Both the position numbers and the translations under genes were made by a program. A DNA stretch of 33,906 nt, from the IMG/VR virus record IMGVR_UViG_3300005512_000164, positions 1-33,906 of that record; one strand, given 5' to 3'. The stretch comes from a virus (lineage: Duplodnaviria > Caudoviricetes). Shown in pieces: positions 17,016 to 28,600 of this stretch (the first letter of the stretch is position 1; every line of letters starts with the position of its first letter). The notes beneath the pieces are model-generated. The model did not search any database. It was given only the letters and a program-made list of their open reading frames with translations, and was not told where the DNA came from.

Positions 17016-19604
17016 ATGGCATTAGGTCAAGCATTCCAACAAACCGTACGTGCACCTGAGTATAGAGACGTAACTTCAGGCTTACGTGAAACATTATTAC
17101 AAAATGAGGCTAGGCAGCGACAAAAAGATCAAGACTATTCTCAAGCACTACAAGACTATAAACCTACTGCAGAGCAACAGACTATTGCTGGTTCATTAGC
17201 TAGTACTAAGGAAGCTCTTACTTCAGAGTCTGAAGATAGTATCAATGCGTCTTATGATGCCCTAGCACTAGATACTGAGTACAGTAAGGCACTAAATAAT
17301 TTAGACGCTAGTTACACTACTGCTAAAGGCAGATGGATACCTACTTATGATGAAAAAGGTAATGTGACTAACTTTGATGCCACTGAAGAAGGTAAAGCGT
17401 ATAAGGATAGAGAACTAGAGTTTAATGAAAAATATCGCAACTACCGTAGTGCATTAGAACCTAAGTTACAAGGATTGAACGCTACTGCACTTTCCACTAT
17501 GAGTGCTGGGTACGATCCGGTTAAGTTACAATCTCGTATGCAAGAGGACCTTATATCCAAAGGGGTAGGGTTAGAGTCTGCACTTAAAGCTTCTACTGTA
17601 GCTGCACAACCATACCAAACTGCTCCGATAACAGAAGTAGAGAAGATAGCGTTACAAGCTAAGGTAGATCAAGGTAAAGAACTAACTAAGTCTGAACTGA
17701 ATACGTTAGAAAAACTTAGAGAAGGTAATGAGAAGATTACTAGGCTAGGTGGAGCTACTGTTAATCCTGATGGTAGTATTACGTATACTGGTAAAGGTGG
17801 TAAAGCTAAATCATATTCAGCTAATGAGATTAGGGAATCTCAGAAAGAGCTAATGGATACTTTTGATAATGTAGGTTGGGGTATATGGAAAGATAATAAA
17901 GATATTGTACAAGACTACTTGAATCCTTTGTACCAAGAATTCGCTGGTTACTTAACCCCTAAAGATATTAATGATGCTATTATATCTTTTAAAGATGATG
18001 GACTTATAAAAGATACTCTTAAGAGTGGTACTACTCCTGAAGCCGTAGCTAAAGTATTAAGAGATAAAGTAGCTACTACTGTTAAAGCTGGAGGTAGTGG
18101 TTATACTACTACTGGACAAAAAGCTATTAGCAATAAAGAATATGAGACTCGTAGAGCATCTATAGAAGCTAGAGGTAGTCAACGTATATCAGATGTATTA
18201 GCTCAATACACTAAAGGTAACAATAAATCTACAGGATTAGCAAATATACTAGCTCGAGTGAAAGATTACAATGCTACTGAAATTAATCCTACTATTCCTG
18301 GTACTGATAAAAAAGCTCCTAATAATGAAACACAAGTTACTAAAGCAGATAGGTATAAGTCCGGAACTGTCATAGGTGATGCTATGAACTCTAGCAAGAA
18401 AGGGTTACTAGCTAAAGCACTTATGAAAGATCCACAAAAGTTTGGAGAAGAGTTCAACAAACTTACAGATGCACAGCAGAAAAGTGTAACTAGTATATTA
18501 TCTTCTAAGACTAGTGAAAAAGTTATGACGGGTATAGCTACAGGAATCGAAGTTAATAAGGATAAACCTAGAAAAGAAGAGCCTTCTGTAGTAAATAAGC
18601 TAAAAGATACAGCAACCAATACTCTAACACCTGCTACAAAACCTACAAACTTGGTAGGTGATAAGTATGACGCTGACGCTAGGTTTATGGAACTGACAGA
18701 AGAGTTGCCTGAGTCATATTCAGACGCAGATAAATTCTTTCTACTTAAAAAACAACTTAAACAAAAAATTGATACTGGTACTTTAACACCAGAGGATGAG
18801 AAAGCTTTAAATTTCTATCAGTCTAAAATATCTACTGGTGAAAAGCTTAAAGGTTCTTCTAAATTTGGAGGAGAGTTTGTAGGTTCTATGTACAGTAAAG
18901 CAGCTTCTTCTGGAGCGGATACAGGGGAGTTTTTAGCTAATGCTTTACGTGTAAACCCTATAATAAACTCTGGGTTAAATCTTTTATCAGGTAAAGATTC
19001 TATAGTGGATAAAGATACTTTAACGTCTATAGCAGAAACCTTCGGAGGAGGATCTAAAAAAATATCTGAATTGGACGCTAATCTGGTTAATAGGATGTCA
19101 GAACAAACAGGTATCCCTACCTCTGAGATTAATAAGTATGCCACTGTAGGTTCGTTTTTACTCGCATTAGGTGGACCTCTAAAAGAACTTACTAAGTCTG
19201 TAATCAAAAAAGGTGGTAAAACCCTTAGTGATACTTTAGTTAAAGGTAAAAGAGTATCAGCTAAAAGAGCTAAAAAGAATCAACATCTTAAATCTGACGA
19301 ACCAATTATTGTTGGGCATGGTAAACCTAAAAATACAGGACCTACTAGTGTTTCAGACGATATTGATGAGTTAATTAATAGTACTGACCCAGTAAAACAG
19401 GCTATAGGTAAAGACATGAAACGTCAAGCCGCTGAAGTAGCTAAAGTAGCGGCTAAAAAATCTTCTTTGGAAGCTAGGAATTTAGTCACTAAGTTAGAAA
19501 AAAAGTTAGATAAACTCTACAACAACAATAAAAATAGTGAAGCTAATCAGATAGCTATAGAAGAGACTATAGAACAGATACGAAATTTACAGTCTCGATT
19601 ATAG
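17016..19604 (+). CDS. Internal virion/ejection protein (N4 gp51-like position)
   Basis: 862 aa, helical, Lys/Ser/Thr-rich, no Cys; directly upstream of the vRNAP locus. Confidence 0.55.
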   Translation: MALGQAFQQTVRAPEYRDVTSGLRETLLQNEARQRQKDQDYSQALQDYKPTAEQQTIAGSLASTKEALTSESEDSINASYDALALDTEYSKALNNLDASYTTAKGRWIPTYDEKGNVTNFDATEEGKAYKDRELEFNEKYRNYRSALEPKLQGLNATALSTMSAGYDPVKLQSRMQEDLISKGVGLESALKASTVAAQPYQTAPITEVEKIALQAKVDQGKELTKSELNTLEKLREGNEKITRLGGATVNPDGSITYTGKGGKAKSYSANEIRESQKELMDTFDNVGWGIWKDNKDIVQDYLNPLYQEFAGYLTPKDINDAIISFKDDGLIKDTLKSGTTPEAVAKVLRDKVATTVKAGGSGYTTTGQKAISNKEYETRRASIEARGSQRISDVLAQYTKGNNKSTGLANILARVKDYNATEINPTIPGTDKKAPNNETQVTKADRYKSGTVIGDAMNSSKKGLLAKALMKDPQKFGEEFNKLTDAQQKSVTSILSSKTSEKVMTGIATGIEVNKDKPRKEEPSVVNKLKDTATNTLTPATKPTNLVGDKYDADARFMELTEELPESYSDADKFFLLKKQLKQKIDTGTLTPEDEKALNFYQSKISTGEKLKGSSKFGGEFVGSMYSKAASSGADTGEFLANALRVNPIINSGLNLLSGKDSIVDKDTLTSIAETFGGGSKKISELDANLVNRMSEQTGIPTSEINKYATVGSFLLALGGPLKELTKSVIKKGGKTLSDTLVKGKRVSAKRAKKNQHLKSDEPIIVGHGKPKNTGPTSVSDDIDELINSTDPVKQAIGKDMKRQAAEVAKVAAKKSSLEARNLVTKLEKKLDKLYNNNKNSEANQIAIEETIEQIRNLQSRL

Positions 19605-19610
19605 TATAAT
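19602..19610 (+). promoter_or_regulatory. Possible -10 element (TAGTATAAT) upstream of the vRNAP locus
   Basis: TATAAT directly after the upstream TAG stop, AT-rich gap, AAAAGG RBS before 19635. Confidence 0.4.
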
Positions 19611-19634
19611 TATATAAATACATAAAGGCTTATA

Positions 19635-22607
19635 ATGGCACAATCAGCGTTTGCAGACATACAAGCTCCAGTAGTACCTGGAGTAGTAGATACATCCCTT
19701 ACAAGACAGACACCCCAACAACTAGATTCTATGTATAATACATATAATCCTATTATAGAAAGATCTAGATTACTTGAAGAACAAGCTGATAAGATACGTA
19801 ACTCTAAACTAAGTCAGAAACAGGCATCTATTGCGGATAAACTAAAGAGTAAACAGGAAGCTATTACGGGTGTAGGTTATACTGATACTGATGGCCATTT
19901 CGGAGAAGCTGTAGACGCAGCTCAATCGGGTATAGCTAAACTAGCTACTAAAGGTGTTAATGCCTTCGGTACATTAGGTATAGAAGCATACGATGCAGTT
20001 GCTGATGTAACTTCTGAAGAAAAGTCAGGGTACTATGAAAAGCTAAAACAGGTATCACCCTTTGGGGATTTAACGATAGGTGACGCATTAAATGAACAAG
20101 ATACTAAATTTGATTCAGCATTTGGTGTTAAACCAGAAAGTAGACAAAGACAACAAGTACTTAATCAAGCAGCAGAAAAAGCCCAATTAAGAGCTGATGC
20201 TGTACAAGTTACTGATATAGATTCATTTGGAGAGTGGGCTAATCACAAAACTGATCAGATACTTTTGAATATGCAAAATGCTCCGATGACTATAGGAGAT
20301 TCCATTCCAGAGTCTGCTGCACTAATATCTAGTACACTAGGATTACCCCTTGTTGTTGGTACTAGAGTTGCTACACACCATAACAATTATAAAGAAAACA
20401 ATGATGGCAATTCTATGTCTCTAGAAAAAGCCGCAGCTGTAACAGCTCTTACTACAGCCTCTCTGGGTACAGAAAAATTCTTAGTAAAAACAGGTATTGG
20501 TACAGTAGCTAAAAACTTACTAGGAAAATCAAAACTCCTAGATAGTGTAGCTGGATTCTTAACTACCGTAGGTGGTGAGTATACACAAGAAAGGTTTGAC
20601 TATACTGTAGAAAAATGGGCTGAACAAAAAGAAGGTACAGCTACGTTTGAAGAGATATGGAATTCCCATCGAGCAAGAGCTGCCGGTACCGCAGGTGCTA
20701 CAGCTGGTGGTGAGCTAATGGGTGCAGGTATGGCCGTTAAACAGGCTCCTGCTGCTGTTAAAGCAGTGACAAAACCGATAGTAGCTCCACTCAATGCTTA
20801 TGGTAAACGTAAAGCATCTCAACATCAAGAAAAGAAAAACTTAGAAGCAGCTAGATCATATGTTAAATCTGGGTATAACGATGCTGAAACCAAAGCTAAA
20901 CATGAGACTTCATTAGCTGTTGATTTACAGACACAAGAATCTGCTATTAAAACTTTAAAGGATGCCCAAGACACGATAAAAAACTTGGATAAAAAGGGTG
21001 GCAGCCCATTAGCCACTGTATTAGAAGTCCAAAAAGCTATGAATGTAGGCTATGAATCCGACAAGGCAGAAGATAACGTAATAGCTAGTTTAGGTGTAAG
21101 AGAGCTGTCAAACATACTAGACTCACTGACTCCTGAACTTAGAAGAGAAGTAGAGAATAGTGTTGACAAGAAGGTAGATACTCCACTAACCGTTCTATCT
21201 AAAGTAGGTATACTACTAGTTTCTAATAAAGAGTTACTGACACAAGAAATCAAAGATACCTTTAATAGTAATAAATCTGCTATAGAGGAACAAGCGGTTC
21301 AAGCTCTTAAGGATGGGGCGTTAGATATTACCTTTAAGCGTAGTATAGCTCAACTAGAGAGAGATAATAAAATAACATCTTCGGTAGCTAAAGAACTAGC
21401 TAGTATGTCAGATCCAAAATCCACTGTGGATACTCCATATAGTAGCTTAGTTAAGTTAGATGGTGAAGCACTAACTAAAGAACTGGCTAAATACGATGCT
21501 AAGGCGTTGAAGACTATTATAGATGAAGCTAAACGTAAGACTCGTGAATCTAGGTCCGCAGATAGGGATGTATTATCCAGTACTCAGATAGGGGTAATGG
21601 AAAAGTTCTACAAAGGTATCACTGGGGCTTTTAGTGTTAAACCTTCTGAGAAGATTGTTAAGGAGGTGCAGGGTATTAAACGTGCAAGGAAGCTAGCTAA
21701 AAGGCACTACGACCCTAAGAAGCCTTTAGGAGAGCAGTTTAAGGAATTCGTATCTGATATGAAAGGTAAGATAGCTGAAGCCGTTAAAACACCTGGGCAA
21801 GCTAATAAGCAAGACTTCGCCAATACGACTAAAGCTGTAATAGAGGCTGTAAATAACCTAGACCAGGTTAATGATATACCTTACGTACAAAAGGTAATTG
21901 AAGATCTGGAAGTTATAGGTGTTTTAACTAAAGCCAAAGCTGAATCTTTACGTAATAAAGTGCTAGAGTATTCTGAAAATCTTGATGTTGCTGATGGTGT
22001 ATTACGTCCTGGAGTAAAGAAAGGGTACGACACCTTAGTTAATACTGCTAAGACTTCTACGAAAGGGGACGTGGATAAAGCTATTGATAGCTTTCTGTCT
22101 AAACTTAAAGGTAGACTAACCGACACTGAACGTAAAGTTATTACTAAAGCATTAGCTAAACTAGAGAATCTTGGTAAGGCTTCTAAAGCTAAGGTTATCT
22201 CTGCTATAGATGACATAAGTGATGGAGATAAAACTATTAAAGAACAGTTACTAGGCACCTATGAAGCTATGCAAAAGACTATATCTGACACAGTTAAGGG
22301 TAGAGAAGTTTATGAGAAGAAAGCTGAAAGTGTAGTATCCAGCATTAGGGATTCTGCACTACGTAAAGAGGTAGGTAAAGACTTTGATAAGATATTTGAT
22401 AGTGTAATGACCAACCTTGGCAGTGTGAACATTAAAGAATCTTTTGATAAAATAACAAAGAAAGTAACTGATGCTGATTACCTGGCTATGTATCAATCAA
22501 TGAAAGATATTGGTGTCGTACAGAATAATGGTAAGAAAGTTAAACAAGTAGATAAAGTATTAGATGAGAACGGTAAACCGTTAATTAAAGAAGAGGTATG
22601 TAAGTAA
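19635..22607 (+). CDS. Internal virion/ejection protein; probable equivalent of the N-terminal domain of N4 vRNAP
   Basis: 990 aa. Gly/Ala hydrophobic segments (GGEYTQE; AAGTAGATAGGELMGAG) typical of ejected proteins. Single Cys at residue 989; stop overlaps the next start (TAATG). Confidence 0.6.
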   Translation: MAQSAFADIQAPVVPGVVDTSLTRQTPQQLDSMYNTYNPIIERSRLLEEQADKIRNSKLSQKQASIADKLKSKQEAITGVGYTDTDGHFGEAVDAAQSGIAKLATKGVNAFGTLGIEAYDAVADVTSEEKSGYYEKLKQVSPFGDLTIGDALNEQDTKFDSAFGVKPESRQRQQVLNQAAEKAQLRADAVQVTDIDSFGEWANHKTDQILLNMQNAPMTIGDSIPESAALISSTLGLPLVVGTRVATHHNNYKENNDGNSMSLEKAAAVTALTTASLGTEKFLVKTGIGTVAKNLLGKSKLLDSVAGFLTTVGGEYTQERFDYTVEKWAEQKEGTATFEEIWNSHRARAAGTAGATAGGELMGAGMAVKQAPAAVKAVTKPIVAPLNAYGKRKASQHQEKKNLEAARSYVKSGYNDAETKAKHETSLAVDLQTQESAIKTLKDAQDTIKNLDKKGGSPLATVLEVQKAMNVGYESDKAEDNVIASLGVRELSNILDSLTPELRREVENSVDKKVDTPLTVLSKVGILLVSNKELLTQEIKDTFNSNKSAIEEQAVQALKDGALDITFKRSIAQLERDNKITSSVAKELASMSDPKSTVDTPYSSLVKLDGEALTKELAKYDAKALKTIIDEAKRKTRESRSADRDVLSSTQIGVMEKFYKGITGAFSVKPSEKIVKEVQGIKRARKLAKRHYDPKKPLGEQFKEFVSDMKGKIAEAVKTPGQANKQDFANTTKAVIEAVNNLDQVNDIPYVQKVIEDLEVIGVLTKAKAESLRNKVLEYSENLDVADGVLRPGVKKGYDTLVNTAKTSTKGDVDKAIDSFLSKLKGRLTDTERKVITKALAKLENLGKASKAKVISAIDDISDGDKTIKEQLLGTYEAMQKTISDTVKGREVYEKKAESVVSSIRDSALRKEVGKDFDKIFDSVMTNLGSVNIKESFDKITKKVTDADYLAMYQSMKDIGVVQNNGKKVKQVDKVLDENGKPLIKEEVCK

Positions 22608-25600
22608 TGGCATGTGATAACGTAATAATTACTAAAGAGAACTATGAAGAAAGACCTAATGATAAAGAATTGAAGCAGTCTATATACTCAGCTAATATGA
22701 TAACTGATGAGATACTTACAAATCTATTCTCATCTGAAGTGTCTAACGCTAAACAGTTTGAAGAGCTTTTTGAAGGAGATAGTCCTACTATCCCCTATAA
22801 GTCTGTACTAGATAAGGTTAGTTCACTTAAGTATTTTGATGAATCTAAGATGCCATTTGGTAAGAAGATAGGGGAAATAGTTGATGGTGATGATATTAGA
22901 GATATTACTATAGCCTTATCACAACTAATATCTGTAAATAAGTCTGAACAAGACCTTACTAGAAAGTACAACTTAGACGCTAAAGCTGTAGAATCTGTAC
23001 AAGATAACACTGATCCATCTAAGTACCAAACATCTTACTCTAATATAGCTAGGACTATCGGTAGGGAAATACTAAAGACTAGAGGTTATAGACTTATACC
23101 TAAGAATGAAAAAGGTATAAAAGATTCTGTAGCTTATGAGACTAAAATAGGTGAGAAAGCCTTACAGAAGTTAGAGGATAGGGGTTTATTGTCCATTACT
23201 GAGTCAGGTACTATAGTTAACCGTAATTTTAGAGATCCTAATCCAGACAATATGAAGGATATAAACTATACTAAAGGTAAGCGTAAAAAAGTACTGACGG
23301 GTATAAAGACTGTTGTTCTACTAGACCTTATAGAAGATACAGCTACACAAGAGGACAGAAGATCTATATCTGGTAACATAGCTGCTACAAGGGCTTTAAT
23401 CAGCCCTCCAAATAGTGCCGTACCTAGTTCTACACCTAAAGAGATTAATCGTCAAGCCCAAGACATGAATATGCTAGATAAACATGAAGAAATACTAGAG
23501 CATGTACAAGATAACCCTTTAAGAGTTACACCGTTCATGAAAGAAGCTATAGATGACTTAAGTAAGAGAATTAAGTCGACTAAAGGTAGTACAAAAGGTA
23601 CTCTAATGGGATTAGCTGATTTTATAAGTAGTAGTAAATCTTCTCCTTTCTTATTTGGTACTATAGACTCTGAAGAATTAAACGCTATTATGATGGGAGA
23701 TCCTGTAGGTATAGAACAGAACTACGGTAGATCACAATCAAAGACTATACAATTCAGTAGAGTGTTAGATGTATGGGATGATTTACAAGATAGTTTATTC
23801 TACTCATTCCAAACAGCTAATCAAAATAGAGCTCATGTATTAGAGCAGACTTTATCTTATCAATCGGATAACTTCTTATCTAGGCATGTATTAGGTTCAG
23901 ATAAAGTACAAGAAATAGCGGATCCTGCAGATATACGTTATGTCATATCTTATATTGCAGATGAGACTGGATTAGCACCAGCGGATATTCTAGGTGGTAC
24001 TAAAAGCTCAGCACTATTGGATGAGTATGTAGGGTATTTAGATGACAAAGACAAGAATAATGACTCTGCTTTAGGTCTAATAGCTACTATGGCTAACAAC
24101 TTAGATAAAGGTAAAAGCCCTTTTAATAAGCCTTCTAAGTCTGCATGGGAACTAATGAGTTATGTACAGGCTGTTAAAGATATTAGAGATGGTATTAATA
24201 ACGATGGGGTAGTTAGAACACACTTCATGCCTAAACCAGATGCTACAGCTTCCGGAGCAGTTATTACATTACTACAAGCAGCTAGGTATGGTGGATATAA
24301 TGAAGAAGTAGCTAAAGACTTGATAGAAGGTAATCTAAAAGATGCATACGATTTATCAGTCAAAGAATTAGATTCCAGGCTTAAATCATTCTCTAATAAG
24401 ACTACTAAAGACGCTTTTAAAACTAGTCATAAAGATTCTTACCTACTAATAAAGAAATTATCTGATTATAAGACCGGTATTATAGATGGGCCTAGAGAGC
24501 TTATGAAGCTACCATTTACTAAATTTATCTATGGTCAAAATAAAGACAATAATGTACAAGAGATCACTAAAGAAATGGCTAGTCTTATTATTGAACAGCA
24601 AAAGACTGACCTAGCTAAAGAGATTCTTGGCGATAACTATACTGCAGATACTATAGAACTTAGAGCTGCATTAGAGAAAGAACTTGGTAAAGAGTATGGA
24701 GTAGCTTATGAACTAGTTACTATCATTGACGAGACTACTGGTAAATCATTATTTGATCGTCAAGGAGAAGAACTTGGGGATATGCACAAGCTTATGGAAG
24801 AAGCTAGATTCTCAGAAGGTTCCACTTATGGTCAGATTAAAGTAGTACCACCATTAGCTTGGATCAATAGCGATAGAGATCTTACTAACCTAGTTAATTA
24901 TGAAGAGATGCGTGATGGTAAAGAAGGTGAGAAAGGGTATGCGACAGTTATAGAAAAGTATTTTGAAGCAGTATTAACTGATAAAGATGGAGCATTGACT
25001 ACTATTAAGAAGAGATACCCTAATGAGAATAGTATTAAAGTACTTCTACAACATATGATGGATGCTGCTATTCTATATGAGTCATTAGGTGAGACAGAAG
25101 GCTTTGAAACTTACTTCAACGGCTTTATGCTTAACCATGACTCTATTGGTGCAGAAGTAACTTTTGCTAGAAACTTAGAACCAGTATATAAACGTAAGAC
25201 TATGGAAATCAATAGTGAGTATGATTTTAAAGAAGCCGCATTAATGGAATTAAAGTATGCTAGATCTAGAACTACTGAACCATCTTTACTAGAGAAAATG
25301 GATGCCCTTATAACTAAAACAGAGGAACAACTAAAGACTGAAATACCTAATAAGCAGAAGGTACTATCTAGTGGTAAAGGTATAATAGATAACGCTTTTG
25401 GAGTTAAACCTAGTGTATTAAAAGAAGCAGAAGCTTTAGATCTAAGCCCTAGAAGAGTTAAGAAAACTAAAGAAGGTAAAGTAGTAAATCTTAATGCAGA
25501 GAAAGAACTAAATAACCTACGTGAGCTTATAGAGAATGATCCTGACAGTGTTATTACTTATGACCTAGAAACTGATAGTGTAGACACTAAAGTAGCTAAT

Positions 25601-28600
25601 TTAGTTCAGATAGGGTACAAGAAGGGGACTAATCCAGCTACTAGCATTAATATACAGATGACTCAAGAACAGGCAGGTAAATATATAGAAGCTCTTAAAG
25701 GTACTCCTATAGAAGATTCTCAATTATATAAAGATATACTTTTAAATTATAGAGCTGATAACAATATGGCTGACTGGAATAAAGAAGCATTACCATTAGT
25801 AAAAGCTGTAAAAGAATTCAAATCTATAGTAGATGATAGTAAAGCTTTAGTTAGTTTTAATGGTAGACTGTATGACGATAAAGTACTTAAAGCGTATGGG
25901 GTTGATGTAAAAACTACTCATGATATGCGTAATTTATCTCAAGATTCTGTAGTTATTACAGGCAGCAGGAAAGGTAAGTTATCTGACTTAGCTGATAAAG
26001 CTAAATGGACTGAAGACCAACTACATAATGCAGATATAGATGTTGAAGTTACATTTGAAGCTATCGGTAGTAAGACTGAGACTAAACCTACTCCAGATAA
26101 CGTACTAAGTAAAGATGCAGTAGAAGATTTTAAATCTAACGTAAAGCTATTTAATAAAGTGAGTCAGACTATTATACTTGAATCTTTTAATGTTAACCCC
26201 AGTGTCAATATAGTTAGTTATACAAAAGATATAACTCCTTATTATGATTTAGCTACTAATACAGTACATGTAAATCAGACTATGAATGAAGAGCTATTTG
26301 CCCATGAGTTTGTACACGCTACTATTGCACAGAAAATAGAGAATGACCCAGTGTATGCTGGTAAAGTAAAAAAGCTATATGATAAAGTAATGAAAGAAGA
26401 CCCTTCTATTTTAGAAGGTTTAAAAGATGTACCTGACGCAGATATACTTCATGAATTTATGGCTGTAGCTTTAGCAGATAAAACTACTCGTAATAAATTA
26501 AAGAAAGTCCCATACGGTAAACGTATCATAGATGCAGCAGTCAAACTAGTATTTGCAGCTTTCGGTGTGTCTCCTAATAAATATGGAGATAGTGCATTAG
26601 GTGAGGCTATTACATTATTTTATGAAGCTACATACGATGATAGTATAGTTAATCCTGACAAAAAGTTGAACTACATAGATGTAGTTACAGAAAAATACAA
26701 GGGGTATCGGCCCGAATTAAAAGATAACAGAAGTATCATAGAAAGGACATCTAATGTAATGATAGATGTAGACTCCTATGTATCTAGTAAGATACAGTCT
26801 ACTATAGATTATACTATAGGTATAGATAGAGATAAAGAAACAATAACATCTAAGTCACATGACTACATGATGGAAAACTCTGATATATATAAGAATACAT
26901 TCAATGCTATTACTGATCAATGGGATAGTAACACTTTCATAAACAAAATGAAGTTCTATCTAGACTTAGATGAGAAAGCTAGGAGAAAAGAGTTTAATGT
27001 TTTAAATACGCAGTCTATTCATGCTGAAGAGCGTAAAGCACAGTTTGAAACTGATAAGATGAATGAACTGTATGATGATATTGAAGGACTATTCACTAAA
27101 GCAGAGACTTCTACATTATACAGTTTACTGAGTGAAACTCCAATAGCCTACCTAGGTAAAGATGATGTATTTAAAGGACTGCTAAAGAAAGAGTTTACTA
27201 TAGATGAGAAGATAAAAGATTTATTAGATAACAGTACATTAAATGCTAAAGCTAAGAAGAACATAGCTAAGAAGGCCCAAGAGTTATCTGAATTCTACAT
27301 AAATAAGAAAGCTCCAAAAGGATTAGCTACAGATAGAAATTTTGAAGGGGACAGTAGAGTATTGGTTGGTCAGCTATCTGCTTTATACGCTATGCAAAAG
27401 ATACCTAACGTAAATAGTATATTACATAAGATAAACTCTACTAAGAGGCATAGAAAAGTAGTAAATAAGCTATTAGAGCTATCTTCGGCAGTGCAAGTAC
27501 TAGATGATGAGTTATATGGTACTATATCTTTAAACTACGATACACATACAGGTAACCTTAACCATAAAGTGTTTGAGGGTAACATCGAAGTTAAGCATGT
27601 TAACGCACATACTATAAATAAAGAATTTAGAGAAGACTTGGGGTGGAAGATACTTGAGCACCCTGCAGACGGTAAAGCCGGTATTATGTATAGGAATGCA
27701 GGTGATATTACGTTCCAAGGTGGACTAGGTACACAACTAAAGTTACAACCTGACTTACAGGTAACTATACCAAAATCGTATGGCTTAGAAAGAAACAATG
27801 CTATGTCACAAGTAAATGGCGATAGATCTACTGTAGTGTTTACTAATGATCAACTAGATACTATGGGAATGGTTCGTGACCCTATCGTATCCTTAGTTAA
27901 AGGCTATTCACATAGAATGCTGTTACAAGAGACTCAATCTATCCGTAAAGAGCTAGTTAATGAGTTTACGGATGTATATAGTAAGAAAGATGACGATAAA
28001 TTAAAACAAAAGATAAAAGACAGAGAGCATAATTGGTACTTAAATCTTCCAGAAGGTATTACTATAGATCAACTACCTAAAGAAATAAGAAGTCGTTACA
28101 AGCTGTCTAGATCTTCATCGGACGTAGATGATTTTGCTTCACAAGTAACATTAGTAAGAAGTGATATGGCAGATTTCGTTGAAGGGTATAAAGAGATACA
28201 AATAGGTGGAACTAACACTAAATTGAATAAAGTATTTAGCGTAGTTAAGAAGACAGTATTACTTCAAAAGATCCACTGGGTAATTACAGCACCAGTAAAA
28301 ATAGCTATGGACACTACGTCTAACCTAGCGTATTTACTAAGTAGAAATATCCCTATTACTACTGTATATAGTAAGACTAAGCGTATAGCTAATGATATGG
28401 TAGAGTTTACTAAGTTAAGAGAAGAGTTATTACATGCTGAGTTTAAGAATAGGGCTAACCCTAGTAAGACGTTAGCTAAAAAGATTGAAAGTTTAGAAGA
28501 GAAGATAAAGACTCATAGAATGTCTTCAGCTTACTTTAGAGGATTTATACAATCTATTGCTATAGATATATCACAGAAGAATGAGCATACGGCAGCAGGC

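Noticed and set aside
22590-22615. Programmed frameshift or assembly error fusing the 990- and 2246-aa ORFs
   Set aside because: No slippery heptamer is present. The downstream frame has a TAA at 22601-22603, leaving only a few bases for a productive shift. A proper RBS and a TAATG overlap point to genuine re-initiation. Read-level checking is still advisable.
797-27798. Numerous minus-strand ORFs of 60-173 aa inside the late genes
   Set aside because: They lie antisense to long, well-supported genes, have Ser/Phe/Leu-rich shadow composition, and show no recognisable motifs.
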